64,000 bases of DNA from an uncultured delta proteobacterium (GTDB taxonomy: Bacteria > Desulfobacterota > Desulfobacteria > Desulfobacterales > JAHEIW01). The position numbers and the translations under genes were made by a program. Where the stretch lies: positions 288,001 through 352,000 of the forward strand of contig CAVPNL010000001.1 in assembly GCA_963706575.1 (NCBI GenBank), read 5' to 3'. Below, in pieces: positions 9,189 to 19,391 of the stretch. Each line of letters begins with the position of its first letter. Position 1 is the stretch's first letter. The notes beneath the pieces are model-generated. The model made no database searches. It worked only from the letters and a program-made list of their open reading frames with translations, and was not told where the DNA came from.

Positions 9189-10075
9189 TTGCCCTCCGTT
9201 CGGTCCGGATAGAGAACGCCAGCGCTCTCTATCCCCAAAAGTTTGCGAAAGGCATATTCAATAGATCGTACGGAATCCAGACTGATAATCCCCTGGGGTC
9301 TGACAATCATCATTAAAATAAGCAGCGCGCCGTATAACTCCATGCGCCATTCCTGGATGACGCGCAGAAATTCCGGAACCAAAGTTAAAACAAAAGCACC
9401 GAATATGGGACCCCAGAATATCTGGATTCCACCGAAAATGGTAAATACGATCAACTCAACGGCGTGCATGACGTCGAACATGAGTGGTTCGATGTACTCC
9501 TGGTAGTGGGCAAAGATCCCCCCGCCGACACCGGCAATAAAAGCACCCGATGAAAATGCGGTCAGCTTGACGGCGGTGATGTTTACCCCCAGAACTTCAG
9601 CCGCATCCTCATCACTGCCGACCGCCTGACAGGCCCGGCCCATTCGAGACTTGCGCAATCGATTAAAGAATACGATCAGGATCACGATCATGCCATAAGC
9701 ATACAACAGGGTGTGTTCCTGATAGGGGATTCCCGGAAAACCGGCAGCGGCACCGATATAGTCGATATTGATGAAGACCACACGCACAATCTCACCAAAT
9801 CCCAGGGTCAACAGCAGCAGATAAATCCCTTTGATACGCAGGGCCGGAAGCCCTAAAACGAAACCGACCATTGCGGAACAAATCCCGCCGATCAAAACAG
9901 CCGGCACGTAAGGGATTCCGAATTTAACCGTGCAGACCGCCGACGCGTAAGCACCAATAGACATAAACCCGGCCTGACCCAGGGATATCTGTCCGGTCAT
10001 AAAGGGCAGATAGAAGCTAAGGGCCATAATGATATTAATGCCTGCAATCGTGATAACGGAAATCAGATAATCCAA
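9185..10075 (-). CDS. livM: LivM-type ABC permease
   Basis: GQISLGQAGF and TLGFGEIVR motifs; hydrophobic; TTG start. Confidence 0.88.
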   Translation of the reverse strand: MDYLISVITIAGINIIMALSFYLPFMTGQISLGQAGFMSIGAYASAVCTVKFGIPYVPAVLIGGICSAMVGFVLGLPALRIKGIYLLLLTLGFGEIVRVVFINIDYIGAAAGFPGIPYQEHTLLYAYGMIVILIVFFNRLRKSRMGRACQAVGSDEDAAEVLGVNITAVKLTAFSSGAFIAGVGGGIFAHYQEYIEPLMFDVMHAVELIVFTIFGGIQIFWGPIFGAFVLTLVPEFLRVIQEWRMELYGALLILMMIVRPQGIISLDSVRSIEYAFRKLLGIESAGVLYPDRTEGK

Positions 10076-10089
10076 TTCAAAATCCCTTC

Positions 10090-10965
10090 TTAACCCTGTC
10101 GAATGCGTGTCCCGAAAAGCCCGGTGGGTTTGAATATCAGAATCAGGATCATGATACCGAAAGAAAAAATATCCTGTAAATTAATCTCGGTCGGCAGGAT
10201 AACGATACTGAGCACTTCAGCCAATCCCAGAATCAGTCCGCCAATCATGGCGCCGGCCACATTGCCGAGTCCTCCCAAAAGCATAACGACCAGCCCTTTA
10301 AGGGCAAAAGTCAGTCCGATAAAAGGAGAAATGGCGTGGAAGGACAACCCGATCATCACCCCGGCAGCCCCGGCTAGGGCGGATGCGATACCAAAGGTAA
10401 TCAGGACGATCCAATCCACATTTACGCCCAGCAGACCCGCGACCATGTGATTTTCAGAGACCGCGCGCATGCCTTTTCCAATCTTTGCCTTGGCGATAAA
10501 AAAATACAGGCCGACCATTAAAGACAGAGAAATCCCCAGTATAAGGACGTTAACGGAACTGATGAAAAATGATCCAACCTGATAATTCGTGGTTCCGATG
10601 GCATCGGGAAAACGGGTCCCGTATCCGCCGAAAAGCTTTACGGCCAGGTTCTGCAGAATAATGGTAACCCCGATGGTGCTTAAAAGCGGTGCCAGGTGAA
10701 AATCCTTTCTAAGCGGCCGGATCGCCAGCAAATCGATCAAAACACCCAGGATTCCCGTGGCTAGCATGGCCAGGGGCAGGGTGATGTAGAGCGGCAGGCC
10801 GCTCCAGATGATGATATAGAGCCCCATAAAGGCACCGGCCATTAAGACTTCGCCGTGCGCAAAATGCAGAATTCCGAGCACGCCGAATATGAGGGTATAA
10901 CCGATCGCCACCAGCGAATATGTGGCGCCCAGCGTCAGACCGTTGATAATTTGTTGAAAGATCAT
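10090..10965 (-). CDS. livH: LivH-type ABC permease
   Basis: NGLTLGATYSLVAIG, HFAHGE, GKGMRAV; ATGA overlap with the upstream 2Fe-2S gene. Confidence 0.9.
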   Translation of the reverse strand: MIFQQIINGLTLGATYSLVAIGYTLIFGVLGILHFAHGEVLMAGAFMGLYIIIWSGLPLYITLPLAMLATGILGVLIDLLAIRPLRKDFHLAPLLSTIGVTIILQNLAVKLFGGYGTRFPDAIGTTNYQVGSFFISSVNVLILGISLSLMVGLYFFIAKAKIGKGMRAVSENHMVAGLLGVNVDWIVLITFGIASALAGAAGVMIGLSFHAISPFIGLTFALKGLVVMLLGGLGNVAGAMIGGLILGLAEVLSIVILPTEINLQDIFSFGIMILILIFKPTGLFGTRIRQG

Positions 10966-11442
10966 TTATTCCTCATTTGCTGAGCGGCTTCCATCACCGA
11001 ATCGACCACCTGCTTGTATCCGGTGCAGCGGCACAGCACGCCGGACATGTTCTTTCGCACCTCTTCCTCGCTCGGATTCGGATTTTCATTGAGAAATTCA
11101 TAGGCGGTCATCAGCATGCCGGGGGTGCAGTATCCGCACTGCAGGCCGTGTTTTTCGCGAAATGCTTCCTGAATGCGGGTGTAATTGCGCGGCATCTGCA
11201 AGCCCCTCGACGGTCGTGATGTCGGCACCATCGGCCTGGACGGCAAACATCAGGCAGGAACGCACCGCGCGGCCGTTGAACAGAACCGTACAGGAGCCAC
11301 ATATGCCGTGTTCGCATCCGATGTGGGTTCCCACCAGTTCCAGATCGTTTCTTAAAAAATCAACCAGAAGGCGCCGGGGCTCTACCCAACGCTCATAGTC
11401 CACGCCATTTACATTTACTGCGATGCGACGACTGTCTGCCAT
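10962..11442 (-). CDS. Molybdenum hydroxylase small [2Fe-2S] subunit (CoxS-like); one +1 frameshift near 11175
   Basis: GCEHGICGSC in ORF 11098-11457 and LQCGYC...CRCTGY in ORF 10962-11246; removing one base restores LHPIQEAF. Confidence 0.88.
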
Positions 11443-11443
11443 T

Positions 11444-12325
11444 TTATTGACCTCCATTGAGCATCTTCCATGCCTCTTGCAATCCTCTTTTTACGAAAAC
11501 CCGTGCCATGTCCATACGATATTCAGCCGAAGCGTGATAATCGGGTTCGGTGTCGGTCTCCTCAGCGGCCTGTTGAGCCGCTTCTGCGATCAGTTTTTCG
11601 GTAATTTTTTGACCCGCCAATAGCGCTTCAGCTTCTTGCGCGCGCACCGGGGTCGGGGCGACACCGCCCATCGAGATTCGCGCTTCGCTGCACACCCCTG
11701 CCGCTTCGGTCAAAAGCAAAATGCCTACCGCCACAATGGCAAAATCACCCGAACGTCGACTCAGTTCCATAAAAGACCATCCCGTATTCTGCGGCAGGGC
11801 CGGAATTCTTACTTCCACCAGAAGATCCGACGGCTCCAGCGAAGTCGTCAGATAGGTCAAAAAGAATTCTTCGGGCTGCAATATTTTATCTCCGGACGGC
11901 CCCAAGACCTTTAGCATTCCATTGAGGGCACACAGTGCGGTCGGTATTTCGGCTGAAGGGTCGGCATGCACCAGGCTGCCGCCAATGGTTCCACGATTTC
12001 TAATGGTGCTGTGCCCGATAAATGATATGGCCTTGGAGAGGATGGGCCATTTTTCGACGACCACCGGTGATTGCTCAATATCTCTTTCGCGGGTTAACGC
12101 CCCAATTACAAGCTCATCGCCTTCGGTTTTTATGTATTCGAGTTCCCTGATCCCATTGATGTCGATCAGAATTTCGGGACGGGCCAGTCGGAAATTCATC
12201 ATGGGGACCAGGCTCTGCCCCCCTGCGATTATCTTGGCCTCATCTCCGTAGCGATCCAGCAGATCGATGGCCTCTTCGACTGTTTGGGGACTGAGATATT
12301 CAAAAGCGCATGGTTTCATATCCAT
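11444..12325 (-). CDS. Molybdenum hydroxylase medium FAD subunit (CoxM-like)
   Basis: IAGGQSLVP, IRNRGTIGGS, ADPSAE; no Cys-rich 4Fe-4S insert. Confidence 0.92.
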   Translation of the reverse strand: MDMKPCAFEYLSPQTVEEAIDLLDRYGDEAKIIAGGQSLVPMMNFRLARPEILIDINGIRELEYIKTEGDELVIGALTRERDIEQSPVVVEKWPILSKAISFIGHSTIRNRGTIGGSLVHADPSAEIPTALCALNGMLKVLGPSGDKILQPEEFFLTYLTTSLEPSDLLVEVRIPALPQNTGWSFMELSRRSGDFAIVAVGILLLTEAAGVCSEARISMGGVAPTPVRAQEAEALLAGQKITEKLIAEAAQQAAEETDTEPDYHASAEYRMDMARVFVKRGLQEAWKMLNGGQ

Positions 12326-12343
12326 TCTCCTGTGGTGATAACT

Positions 12344-12784
12344 CTAAAGCGACTTTAATTCCTTGCCGATTTGCTTAAAAAATTGACCCAGCATCATTTT
12401 AGCGATTCCGCTGATCAGCCTTTGCCCGACCCCTGCGATCAGCCCGCCGACCTGTCCCTCGCCCTGATAGGAAACGATGGTGCGCTGGTCTTGATGGGAC
12501 AGTTCAATCAGGGCCTCTCCTTTTACGAATCCGGGGATGCCGCTGCCTTCGACAACCAGGCGGTATTTTTCCGGAGGCTGGGGATCTGCCACTTCGGCCA
12601 TCCCTTTGTAGGTTCCTTTAATGGCGGCGATGCCGATCTTTAATGTGGCATCATATTTCCCGGGTTCGATTTCCTCTAATTTTTCACATCCCGGGATGGC
12701 TTTTTCGAGATGCCGTGGATTGGTTAAAACCTCCCAGACCTTTTCCTGGGTGGCATTGAATTTGTACGTTCCTTCCAGTTTCAT
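12344..12784 (-). CDS. CoxG/SRPBCC family accessory protein
   Basis: VWEVLTNP..L...IPGC and VGGLIAGVGQRLI patterns; lies between the L and M subunit genes. Confidence 0.85.
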   Translation of the reverse strand: MKLEGTYKFNATQEKVWEVLTNPRHLEKAIPGCEKLEEIEPGKYDATLKIGIAAIKGTYKGMAEVADPQPPEKYRLVVEGSGIPGFVKGEALIELSHQDQRTIVSYQGEGQVGGLIAGVGQRLISGIAKMMLGQFFKQIGKELKSL

Positions 12785-12806
12785 AAAAATCTCCGTAGCA
12801 GCTAGA

Positions 12807-15230
12807 TTATTTTTGTCCTTTGGCTTCCTGGATCAGATGCCAGATTTTATTCGGGCTCAGAGGCAGTTCGTTTATGGTTACACCCAAGGGTGCCAGGGCA
12901 TCTGCAATGGCATTTGCGATGGCCACCGGGACCGACATGGTGGAACTTTCGCCCGCGCCTTTTGAACCCAAAGCGGTCAGCGGGGAGGGTGTTTCCACGT
13001 GTCCGATATCCACCTTGGGGACTTCCATGGCCGTCGGCACTAGATAGTCCTGAAAGGATGCGGTCAGGCATTGACCGTTTTCATCGTAGGCCCATTCTTC
13101 ATAAAGGGTGCCCCCGAGGGCGTGAGCAATACTTCCCATGACCTGACCTTCCAGCAGCAGGGGATTCAGAACGGTTCCGGAATCATGCACGCTGGCCCAT
13201 TTGAGAAACTCAACCTGACCGGTTTCGGGATCCACTTCCACTACAATGGCCTCGGCGATAAATCCATAGGTGTTGGAAGAATCCACGCGATCCAGCTGGT
13301 CGGGCGGCTGTGAGGTCGGCATGGATAACAGGCTGCTGGCGTACAGGCCGACATCCGTTCCCTCCGGTAGAGCGGATTGATTCCAGTGGGCGGTGCCGGC
13401 AATGTGTTTGACATGGATCGATTTGTCCGGGGCGCCCTTGACATAAAATTTGCCATCCTGGTCTTCGATGTCATCGGGGTTGGCTTCCAGAAGATGAGCG
13501 GCAATTTTTTTCATTTTTTCCTTCACCTTGCGGGTGGCTGCGACAACCGCATTTGTACCTACAGAGGCAAAACGGCTCGAATAGCTTCCGGTGGTAATGG
13601 TATAAACCCGGTCATGGGTGTCCACCACGTCGCTGACCGTTACATCATCCGGGCTGATACCGAGTTCATCGGCTACGATCTGCGATATGACGGTTTCGTG
13701 CCCCTGACCTTGGGGGTTGGTGCATGCGATCACGTGGGCTTTTCCCAGCGGGTCTAATTTGACGATGACCGATTCACCTGATCCCGACTTGGGATGGCCT
13801 TTGGCTCGCTGCTCGGGAGTCAACGCCAGGGTGACATAGGCGATATTGGTAACCGAGGGATCTACCACCGTTGCCAGCCCAATACCGATATAGCGGCCTT
13901 GCTTGCGGGCTTTTTGCTGCTCTTTTCTCGTTTTCTCGTAGTCGATTTTGTCCAGCGCCATCCGCAGGGCTTTGGGATAGTCGCCGGCGTCGTATACGCC
14001 GCCGGTTGCGGTGGTATAAGGGAACTGATCGGATTGAATGAAGTTTTTGAACCGTATTTCAGCCGGATCCATTTCCAATTCCGCAGCAACCATGTCCACC
14101 AGTCGTTCGACACTGAAATAAAGCTCCTGGCAGGTATATCCGCGGTTGGGGGCTGTCAGGCATTTGTTGGTGCCGACAACCATCACTTCTCGATCTAAAT
14201 TGCGAATTTGATAGGCACCGGTGTGATTACCGGTGCTGCGGTAGGCACATCCGGGCTCCGGAGCGCGGATGTATCCGCCGGTGTTGTCCATGGCTTTATC
14301 TTTGAGCCCCAGAATGGTTCCGTCTTTTTTGACGGCCGCCTCCATATAGGTGACGCGATCGGTTCCCGTGGCACTGGCCAGCAGGTGTTCGCGGCGGTCT
14401 TCAATCCATTTGACCGTCATGCCTGTTTTTTTAGCCGCAAGCGCAATTAAGGCGATATAGGGGTACATCCCGGTTTTGGTGCCAAAGCCGCCGCCGATAT
14501 CGGTGGGTACGATCCAGCGCATCTTGTTTTCCTGAATTCCAAGGGCGATGGCGACCAGGGAATGATTGACAAAGGGGCCCTGATAGTTGTTGTAAATGAC
14601 AAATTCCTCGTTAAAGGGATTGTATGATGCAACCACACCATAGGTCTCGATGGGCGTAGATCCGTATTTGGGAAAAAGAAATTTACCCTTGACCACCAGG
14701 TCCGCTTCTTCATATGCTTTTTGCATATCCCCGTATTGGAAAAAGCGATGCGAATAAATGTTGCTGCCGATATTGTCATGCAGAATGGGGGCATCCGGTT
14801 CGACGGCTGCCTCTATGTCCATTACGACCGGCAACGGGTCATATTCGACCTCGATCATGTCCAGCGCGTCTTCTGCGATATAGCGATTATCCGCGACAAC
14901 CACGGCAACGGGCTCACCGACGAAACGGACCTTATCCACCGCACAGCTGTAATACTTGGGTGGAATCGGCACGCCCACCGGAAATGGCTGAGACATGGCG
15001 GCCACATCATTGCCGGTTAGAACACCTCTGACGCCGGGAACATTCAGGGCCGGGGATATATCCAACCCCTTAATCCATGCATGCGGATAAGGGCTGCGCA
15101 GTATGGCGGCGTGCTTCATATTCGGCAGATAAATATCATCCATAAAGCGTCCGCGACCCGTCAGAAGCCGGAGGTCTTCTTTGCGCTTCATTCCTGTACC
15201 GACCCACTTTTTTTGTTGCTTTTCTGGCAT
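12807..15230 (-). CDS. Xanthine-oxidase-family molybdopterin large subunit, 2-furoyl-CoA dehydrogenase (HmfA)-like
   Basis: RKEDLRLLTGRGRF, GGGFGTK, QGQGHET and KGAGES family motifs; YIRAPEP, PNRGY and GSYSSRF resemble HmfA as I recall it; lacks the CoxL VAYRCSFR loop. Confidence 0.85.
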   Translation of the reverse strand: MPEKQQKKWVGTGMKRKEDLRLLTGRGRFMDDIYLPNMKHAAILRSPYPHAWIKGLDISPALNVPGVRGVLTGNDVAAMSQPFPVGVPIPPKYYSCAVDKVRFVGEPVAVVVADNRYIAEDALDMIEVEYDPLPVVMDIEAAVEPDAPILHDNIGSNIYSHRFFQYGDMQKAYEEADLVVKGKFLFPKYGSTPIETYGVVASYNPFNEEFVIYNNYQGPFVNHSLVAIALGIQENKMRWIVPTDIGGGFGTKTGMYPYIALIALAAKKTGMTVKWIEDRREHLLASATGTDRVTYMEAAVKKDGTILGLKDKAMDNTGGYIRAPEPGCAYRSTGNHTGAYQIRNLDREVMVVGTNKCLTAPNRGYTCQELYFSVERLVDMVAAELEMDPAEIRFKNFIQSDQFPYTTATGGVYDAGDYPKALRMALDKIDYEKTRKEQQKARKQGRYIGIGLATVVDPSVTNIAYVTLALTPEQRAKGHPKSGSGESVIVKLDPLGKAHVIACTNPQGQGHETVISQIVADELGISPDDVTVSDVVDTHDRVYTITTGSYSSRFASVGTNAVVAATRKVKEKMKKIAAHLLEANPDDIEDQDGKFYVKGAPDKSIHVKHIAGTAHWNQSALPEGTDVGLYASSLLSMPTSQPPDQLDRVDSSNTYGFIAEAIVVEVDPETGQVEFLKWASVHDSGTVLNPLLLEGQVMGSIAHALGGTLYEEWAYDENGQCLTASFQDYLVPTAMEVPKVDIGHVETPSPLTALGSKGAGESSTMSVPVAIANAIADALAPLGVTINELPLSPNKIWHLIQEAKGQK

Positions 15231-15341
15231 GCTTAATTCTCTCCTTGTTTTATAGTGGTTGTTAAAAAAACGTTGCGGTATTCAAACGTTTTTTTCTACA
15301 ATCACTTATGCCGCACTGCGGTATAAAAGCGCTTAAATCAG

Positions 15342-16034
15342 CTAGTCTTTAAACCACTCAAGTGTATGAATGTCATATTCGATGGTGATCTTGCGGTTCA
15401 AGCTGGCATCCAGCAACTCAGCTTCAAAACGATCTGCAAAAACCATTTCTCCGGACAAAATAGGCGGTGTGCCTGAAAATATCACAATGCCGCCAATTCG
15501 GTCATTTAACTGCTCCTGGACGAGTCGGATCAAATTTTCAGGCGGTAGAATGGATCCGAGAGTTGACTCCTGGTAAATGTTTTTTTGTCCATCTTTAATT
15601 GCCCAGCTGCGAACTTGAATCTGATCCCAGGTCTCTTTGACTTCCTCGTAATTCCATAAGTTTCTGGAGAGGATGGTGGGACAGACCTGTTTTGATTTGC
15701 GGATATCAAGTCTTTCCAGCTCCCGATCGGTGTGGTCACTGGCAAGCCCGACGTAGATGCTGTTTTCATCGATAAGCAGGAAAAACTCAACCTCACCGGA
15801 AGTTTCCCGGCCTTCGACCTGAATCGCGTCCTTTTGAGTCAATCCCCAGGCCGGTTTGGGGTATTGGGTCGGAACTGAAGGCGGGGGTTCAACGCCCTCT
15901 TTGGCCAGTTCTTCAATATGCTTGCGAACAGCCGATTGATCGCGTCCGGTATAACCACAAAGCACGGCCCCGTTTACCTCATAGCCGATCTCTCTTTTGC
16001 CGGTTTTTTCTTCAACTATAAATTGGAATATCAT
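15342..16034 (-). CDS. DUF2848 family protein (FAH-like fold)
   Basis: GYTGRDQ...HIEEL, TSGEVE, SDHTDRELE and SKQVC motifs; likely ATG at 16034. Confidence 0.85.
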   Translation of the reverse strand: MIFQFIVEEKTGKREIGYEVNGAVLCGYTGRDQSAVRKHIEELAKEGVEPPPSVPTQYPKPAWGLTQKDAIQVEGRETSGEVEFFLLIDENSIYVGLASDHTDRELERLDIRKSKQVCPTILSRNLWNYEEVKETWDQIQVRSWAIKDGQKNIYQESTLGSILPPENLIRLVQEQLNDRIGGIVIFSGTPPILSGEMVFADRFEAELLDASLNRKITIEYDIHTLEWFKD

Positions 16035-16036
16035 CG

Positions 16037-17683
16037 CTATCCGCGCTCCTTTTTGTCTTGCTTTTCCCTGTCCCACCGGCGCAGCTCTCTTCGGAGGATT
16101 TTGCCGGAGGATGTTTTTGGAAGCTCTTTCAGAAACTCGATTTCCCTCGGATATTTATAAGGTGCAATGATGTTTTTGACATGATCTTGAAGCGCCTTGG
16201 CCAATTCCGGTGTGGAATCGTAGCCGTCATGCAGGACAACCCAGGCTTTCACTTTTTCACCCATTTCCGGATCCTTGACACCGGCCACGCCGGACTCCAG
16301 CACGGCTTCATGTTCCTGCAGCGCTGTTTCAACATCAGCCGGTGAGATGCGGTACCCATGACAGGTCATGATATCGTCGGATCTGGCGCCGTACCAGAAA
16401 TAGCCATCTTCATCCATATGGGCCAGGTCTTTGGTATCATACCAGTTGTCGGGGAGAGAAACGTCTTTCATTTGTGCGGGCATCTTAAAGTACTCCGTAA
16501 AAAGGCCCGGATGATCATTGCGAATGGCAAGATGGCCCATTTCACCCGGCGCAAGGCGCTCACCCTTGTCATTTACAATCGCGACTTCAATTCCCGGGAG
16601 GGGTTTTCCCATGGACCCGATCTTCACCGGCAACTGGGTCTGGGTCGTGCAGAATTCGTGGGCTTCGGTTTGTCCCATGCTGTCAATAATTTTAACGCCG
16701 AATCGTCTCTTCCATTCACGCCAGGTCTCGGCCAGCAGAGGTTCTCCGGAACTAAGGCAGTATTTTAAGGAACCGGTATCGTATTTTTTCTCGGCATCTT
16801 TGACCGCCAGCATCATTCGATATATCGTCGGAGTGCCTGCAAATATGGTGATTTTGAAATTCTGGATGTATTCATAAGCCCTTTCGGAATCAAAACGCTC
16901 ATCCGCGTAAATGGCGGTGGCAACCCCCCATCTGAAGGCAAATAAAAAATTATGTCCCAGGGCATACATCCAGGTCAGGGCGGTTGGACCGCCGCAGATA
17001 TCGCCTTTTTCCAACCCCATGGTAAATTTGCCGATGGGATCTCCGGCGCCAATGATAAACCGATGGCCGTGGACGACCCCTTTGGGCGCACCGGTAGTTC
17101 CCGAGGTGTACAGGAAATATGCGGGATCATCTTTATGGGTTTCCACAAATGGCAGGGATGCGGCGTCCTCCTTTAGAAGGTCTGCGTAAGAAATCTGATC
17201 GCCTTGCGTATCGCCGATGACAATGACGTGCTTGAGGGTTTCACACTTGGGTCGTATGTTCTCTATGGCTTCTATATAGCTGCTGGTCGTGATGACAGCC
17301 GCGGCCTCGCTATTGTTGATAATATGCTCCAGTTCATATTCTCGCAGCATGGTGCTGGTTGGGATGGGGACCGCCCCGATTTTCTGTCCGCCAAGAAAGG
17401 AAACCATGTATTCCGGCCGGTTGGGGGTCCGGATGAGATAGGTATCGCCTTTCGATATGCCGAGCCGGTGCAGGGCACTGGCAAAACGATCGGTCATATC
17501 TTTTAGATCCTGATAGGTGATTTGCTGATCTTTGTAGTAGATCGCAACATCCTGCCCACGGCCATGCTGCGCCCAATAGTCAACGATGAGCCTGGCCATA
17601 TTCAATTTTTCAGGAATCTCCAATCGGAAAAATCCTTTAGAATCCATCCGTTGAAAAGTTTCGTCCATTTGATCGGATTTCAT
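16037..17683 (-). CDS. AMP-forming aryl/acyl-CoA ligase (benzoate-CoA ligase/AcsM-like)
   Basis: YTSGTTGAPKG, SMGQTE, ARSDD, YKYPREIEF, LPKTSSGKI. Confidence 0.9.
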   Translation of the reverse strand: MKSDQMDETFQRMDSKGFFRLEIPEKLNMARLIVDYWAQHGRGQDVAIYYKDQQITYQDLKDMTDRFASALHRLGISKGDTYLIRTPNRPEYMVSFLGGQKIGAVPIPTSTMLREYELEHIINNSEAAAVITTSSYIEAIENIRPKCETLKHVIVIGDTQGDQISYADLLKEDAASLPFVETHKDDPAYFLYTSGTTGAPKGVVHGHRFIIGAGDPIGKFTMGLEKGDICGGPTALTWMYALGHNFLFAFRWGVATAIYADERFDSERAYEYIQNFKITIFAGTPTIYRMMLAVKDAEKKYDTGSLKYCLSSGEPLLAETWREWKRRFGVKIIDSMGQTEAHEFCTTQTQLPVKIGSMGKPLPGIEVAIVNDKGERLAPGEMGHLAIRNDHPGLFTEYFKMPAQMKDVSLPDNWYDTKDLAHMDEDGYFWYGARSDDIMTCHGYRISPADVETALQEHEAVLESGVAGVKDPEMGEKVKAWVVLHDGYDSTPELAKALQDHVKNIIAPYKYPREIEFLKELPKTSSGKILRRELRRWDREKQDKKERG

Positions 17684-17695
17684 TTGATTTCCCCT

Positions 17696-18370
17696 TTATT
17701 TTTCTTCCTGGGTTTCAATTTTATCGGCGATCGTCTTCTCGGTGTTTTCAAGATGACAAATCAAGGCGTGAAAGGCCTTAAGCGGATTTTCTTCTTTAAG
17801 ACCGGCAAAAATAGCGCGATGCTCATCAATCACCTGTTTCATCCGAGAGTAATCTTCGATGGCTCTGACGCCCATGAGGTGCATCTGATCTCTCAGGTTG
17901 TCGAGAATCGATTCGATTTGCTGGTTTCCAATCTTGGAGGCCAGATAAAGGTGAAATTGTTTGTCGTATTCGATAAAGCCCAGCCTTTCAGTCCGGTTTA
18001 GCATCTTTTCCTGATTGCTGATGTTTTTATCGATTTCCTTAATATCCGCTTCAGTAAGCCGCGTGGTAATTTTTTTTATAACGTAACCCTCGATAATTCG
18101 ACGAATTTCAAAAACTTCCCGAACCTGCTGGGTCGTAAGCTTGCAGATCTCAACGCCTTTTCCCGGAACAAAGGCGACCATGCCCTCGCGGCTCAATTCT
18201 AACAGGGCTTCTCTTACCGGTGTGCGAGAAACCCCGAGTGCCTCGGCCAGTCTCTTCTCGTTCTGCAGTTCGCCCGGTTCGAGGGCGCCGGTGATGATCA
18301 GTTCTTTGAGCTTATCAAAGGCCTGTTCTTTCAGTGACTTCGCACGAGAGATGGGTATTATTTGCTCCAT
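17696..18370 (-). CDS. GntR family (FCD domain) regulator
   Basis: LGVSRTPVREAL wHTH and an FCD domain with FH...EH...H; likely ATG at 18370. Confidence 0.92.
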   Translation of the reverse strand: MEQIIPISRAKSLKEQAFDKLKELIITGALEPGELQNEKRLAEALGVSRTPVREALLELSREGMVAFVPGKGVEICKLTTQQVREVFEIRRIIEGYVIKKITTRLTEADIKEIDKNISNQEKMLNRTERLGFIEYDKQFHLYLASKIGNQQIESILDNLRDQMHLMGVRAIEDYSRMKQVIDEHRAIFAGLKEENPLKAFHALICHLENTEKTIADKIETQEEK

Positions 18371-18672
18371 ATTCGGTCCTTTTATTGACAATTTAATAAA
18401 GAAAACAATTAGTTATACGGTTATTGGCCTGAATGAGTGTGTGATATATCGAATATTGCATACCGACATGGCGGGGCGATGTCAATAAGAAATTGTAAAA
18501 TATATTCGCGCATAATTGAATCGTAAAACGTGCCGCCAGGCACCTTAAGCCAGGTTTTGGAGAAGCCATCAAAATATTTGACTTGAAATATTGTATGTAG
18601 TATGCAACATGCAACATAACCTGAAATCAAATCACCTGCGGGTGGCTTCACCCGATCCAGCCGGTAAGTGCA

Positions 18673-19344
18673 ATGGAAAACCTGAGCAAATTAGAACCGC
18701 CGGGCACCTTACAGAACCTGGCCTACGAAAGAATCAAAACCCTTTTGATTAACGGCCAATTGGAATTTGATGAAGTTTATTCCGCCAATCAATTTGCAGA
18801 ACTATTGGGTGTATCGCGTACGCCGATTCGCGAGGCACTTCTGCAGCTGACTGCCGAAGGGTTTTTCATTTCCCTCAGAGGAAGGGGCTTTAAGATTAAA
18901 GAATTTTCTGAAAAAGAAATCAGAGATTTCTTTGAAACCCGAAAAATGATTGAATCCTATGTGATCGAACAACTGGTGGAAGCGGTCACTGAAGAAGATT
19001 TAGAACCGCTTGAGGACAGTTTAGAAAGGATGCTCAATGGTCACGACCGGGAGGAAATTTACCGCTTTCTGGATGCCGACAAATCTTTTCATATGAATCT
19101 AATCCATCGCTATAAAAATAATTTACTTGAATCCATCATGGAAAATATTCGTGATTTTATTTCTATCTTTGGGCAGAAAGCGCTGAGGAGCCCCGGAAGG
19201 GTTCAGGAAGTTATCCGAGAGCATCAATGTATTGTCAAGGCATTACGACAAAATGATAAAAACAAAGCCGTGCAGGCCATCAATGACCATTTAGATGCAA
19301 CCGAGAAATCATTAATCGAAAATTTACACCACAAATCGGGGTGA
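18673..19344 (+). CDS. GntR family (FCD domain) regulator
   Basis: LGVSRTPIREAL; DKSFH, EH and DH residues; divergent from the paralog. Confidence 0.92.
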   Translation: MENLSKLEPPGTLQNLAYERIKTLLINGQLEFDEVYSANQFAELLGVSRTPIREALLQLTAEGFFISLRGRGFKIKEFSEKEIRDFFETRKMIESYVIEQLVEAVTEEDLEPLEDSLERMLNGHDREEIYRFLDADKSFHMNLIHRYKNNLLESIMENIRDFISIFGQKALRSPGRVQEVIREHQCIVKALRQNDKNKAVQAINDHLDATEKSLIENLHHKSG

Positions 19345-19391
19345 TGACGCTGTGATCCGCAATACCCCCTCGAACAAAGAGAGGTGAAGCG

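Noticed and set aside
10962..15230. Aerobic CO dehydrogenase (coxLMS) or 4-hydroxybenzoyl-CoA reductase
   Set aside because: The large subunit lacks the CoxL VAYRCSFR loop, and the FAD subunit lacks the extra 4Fe-4S Cys insert of HcrB
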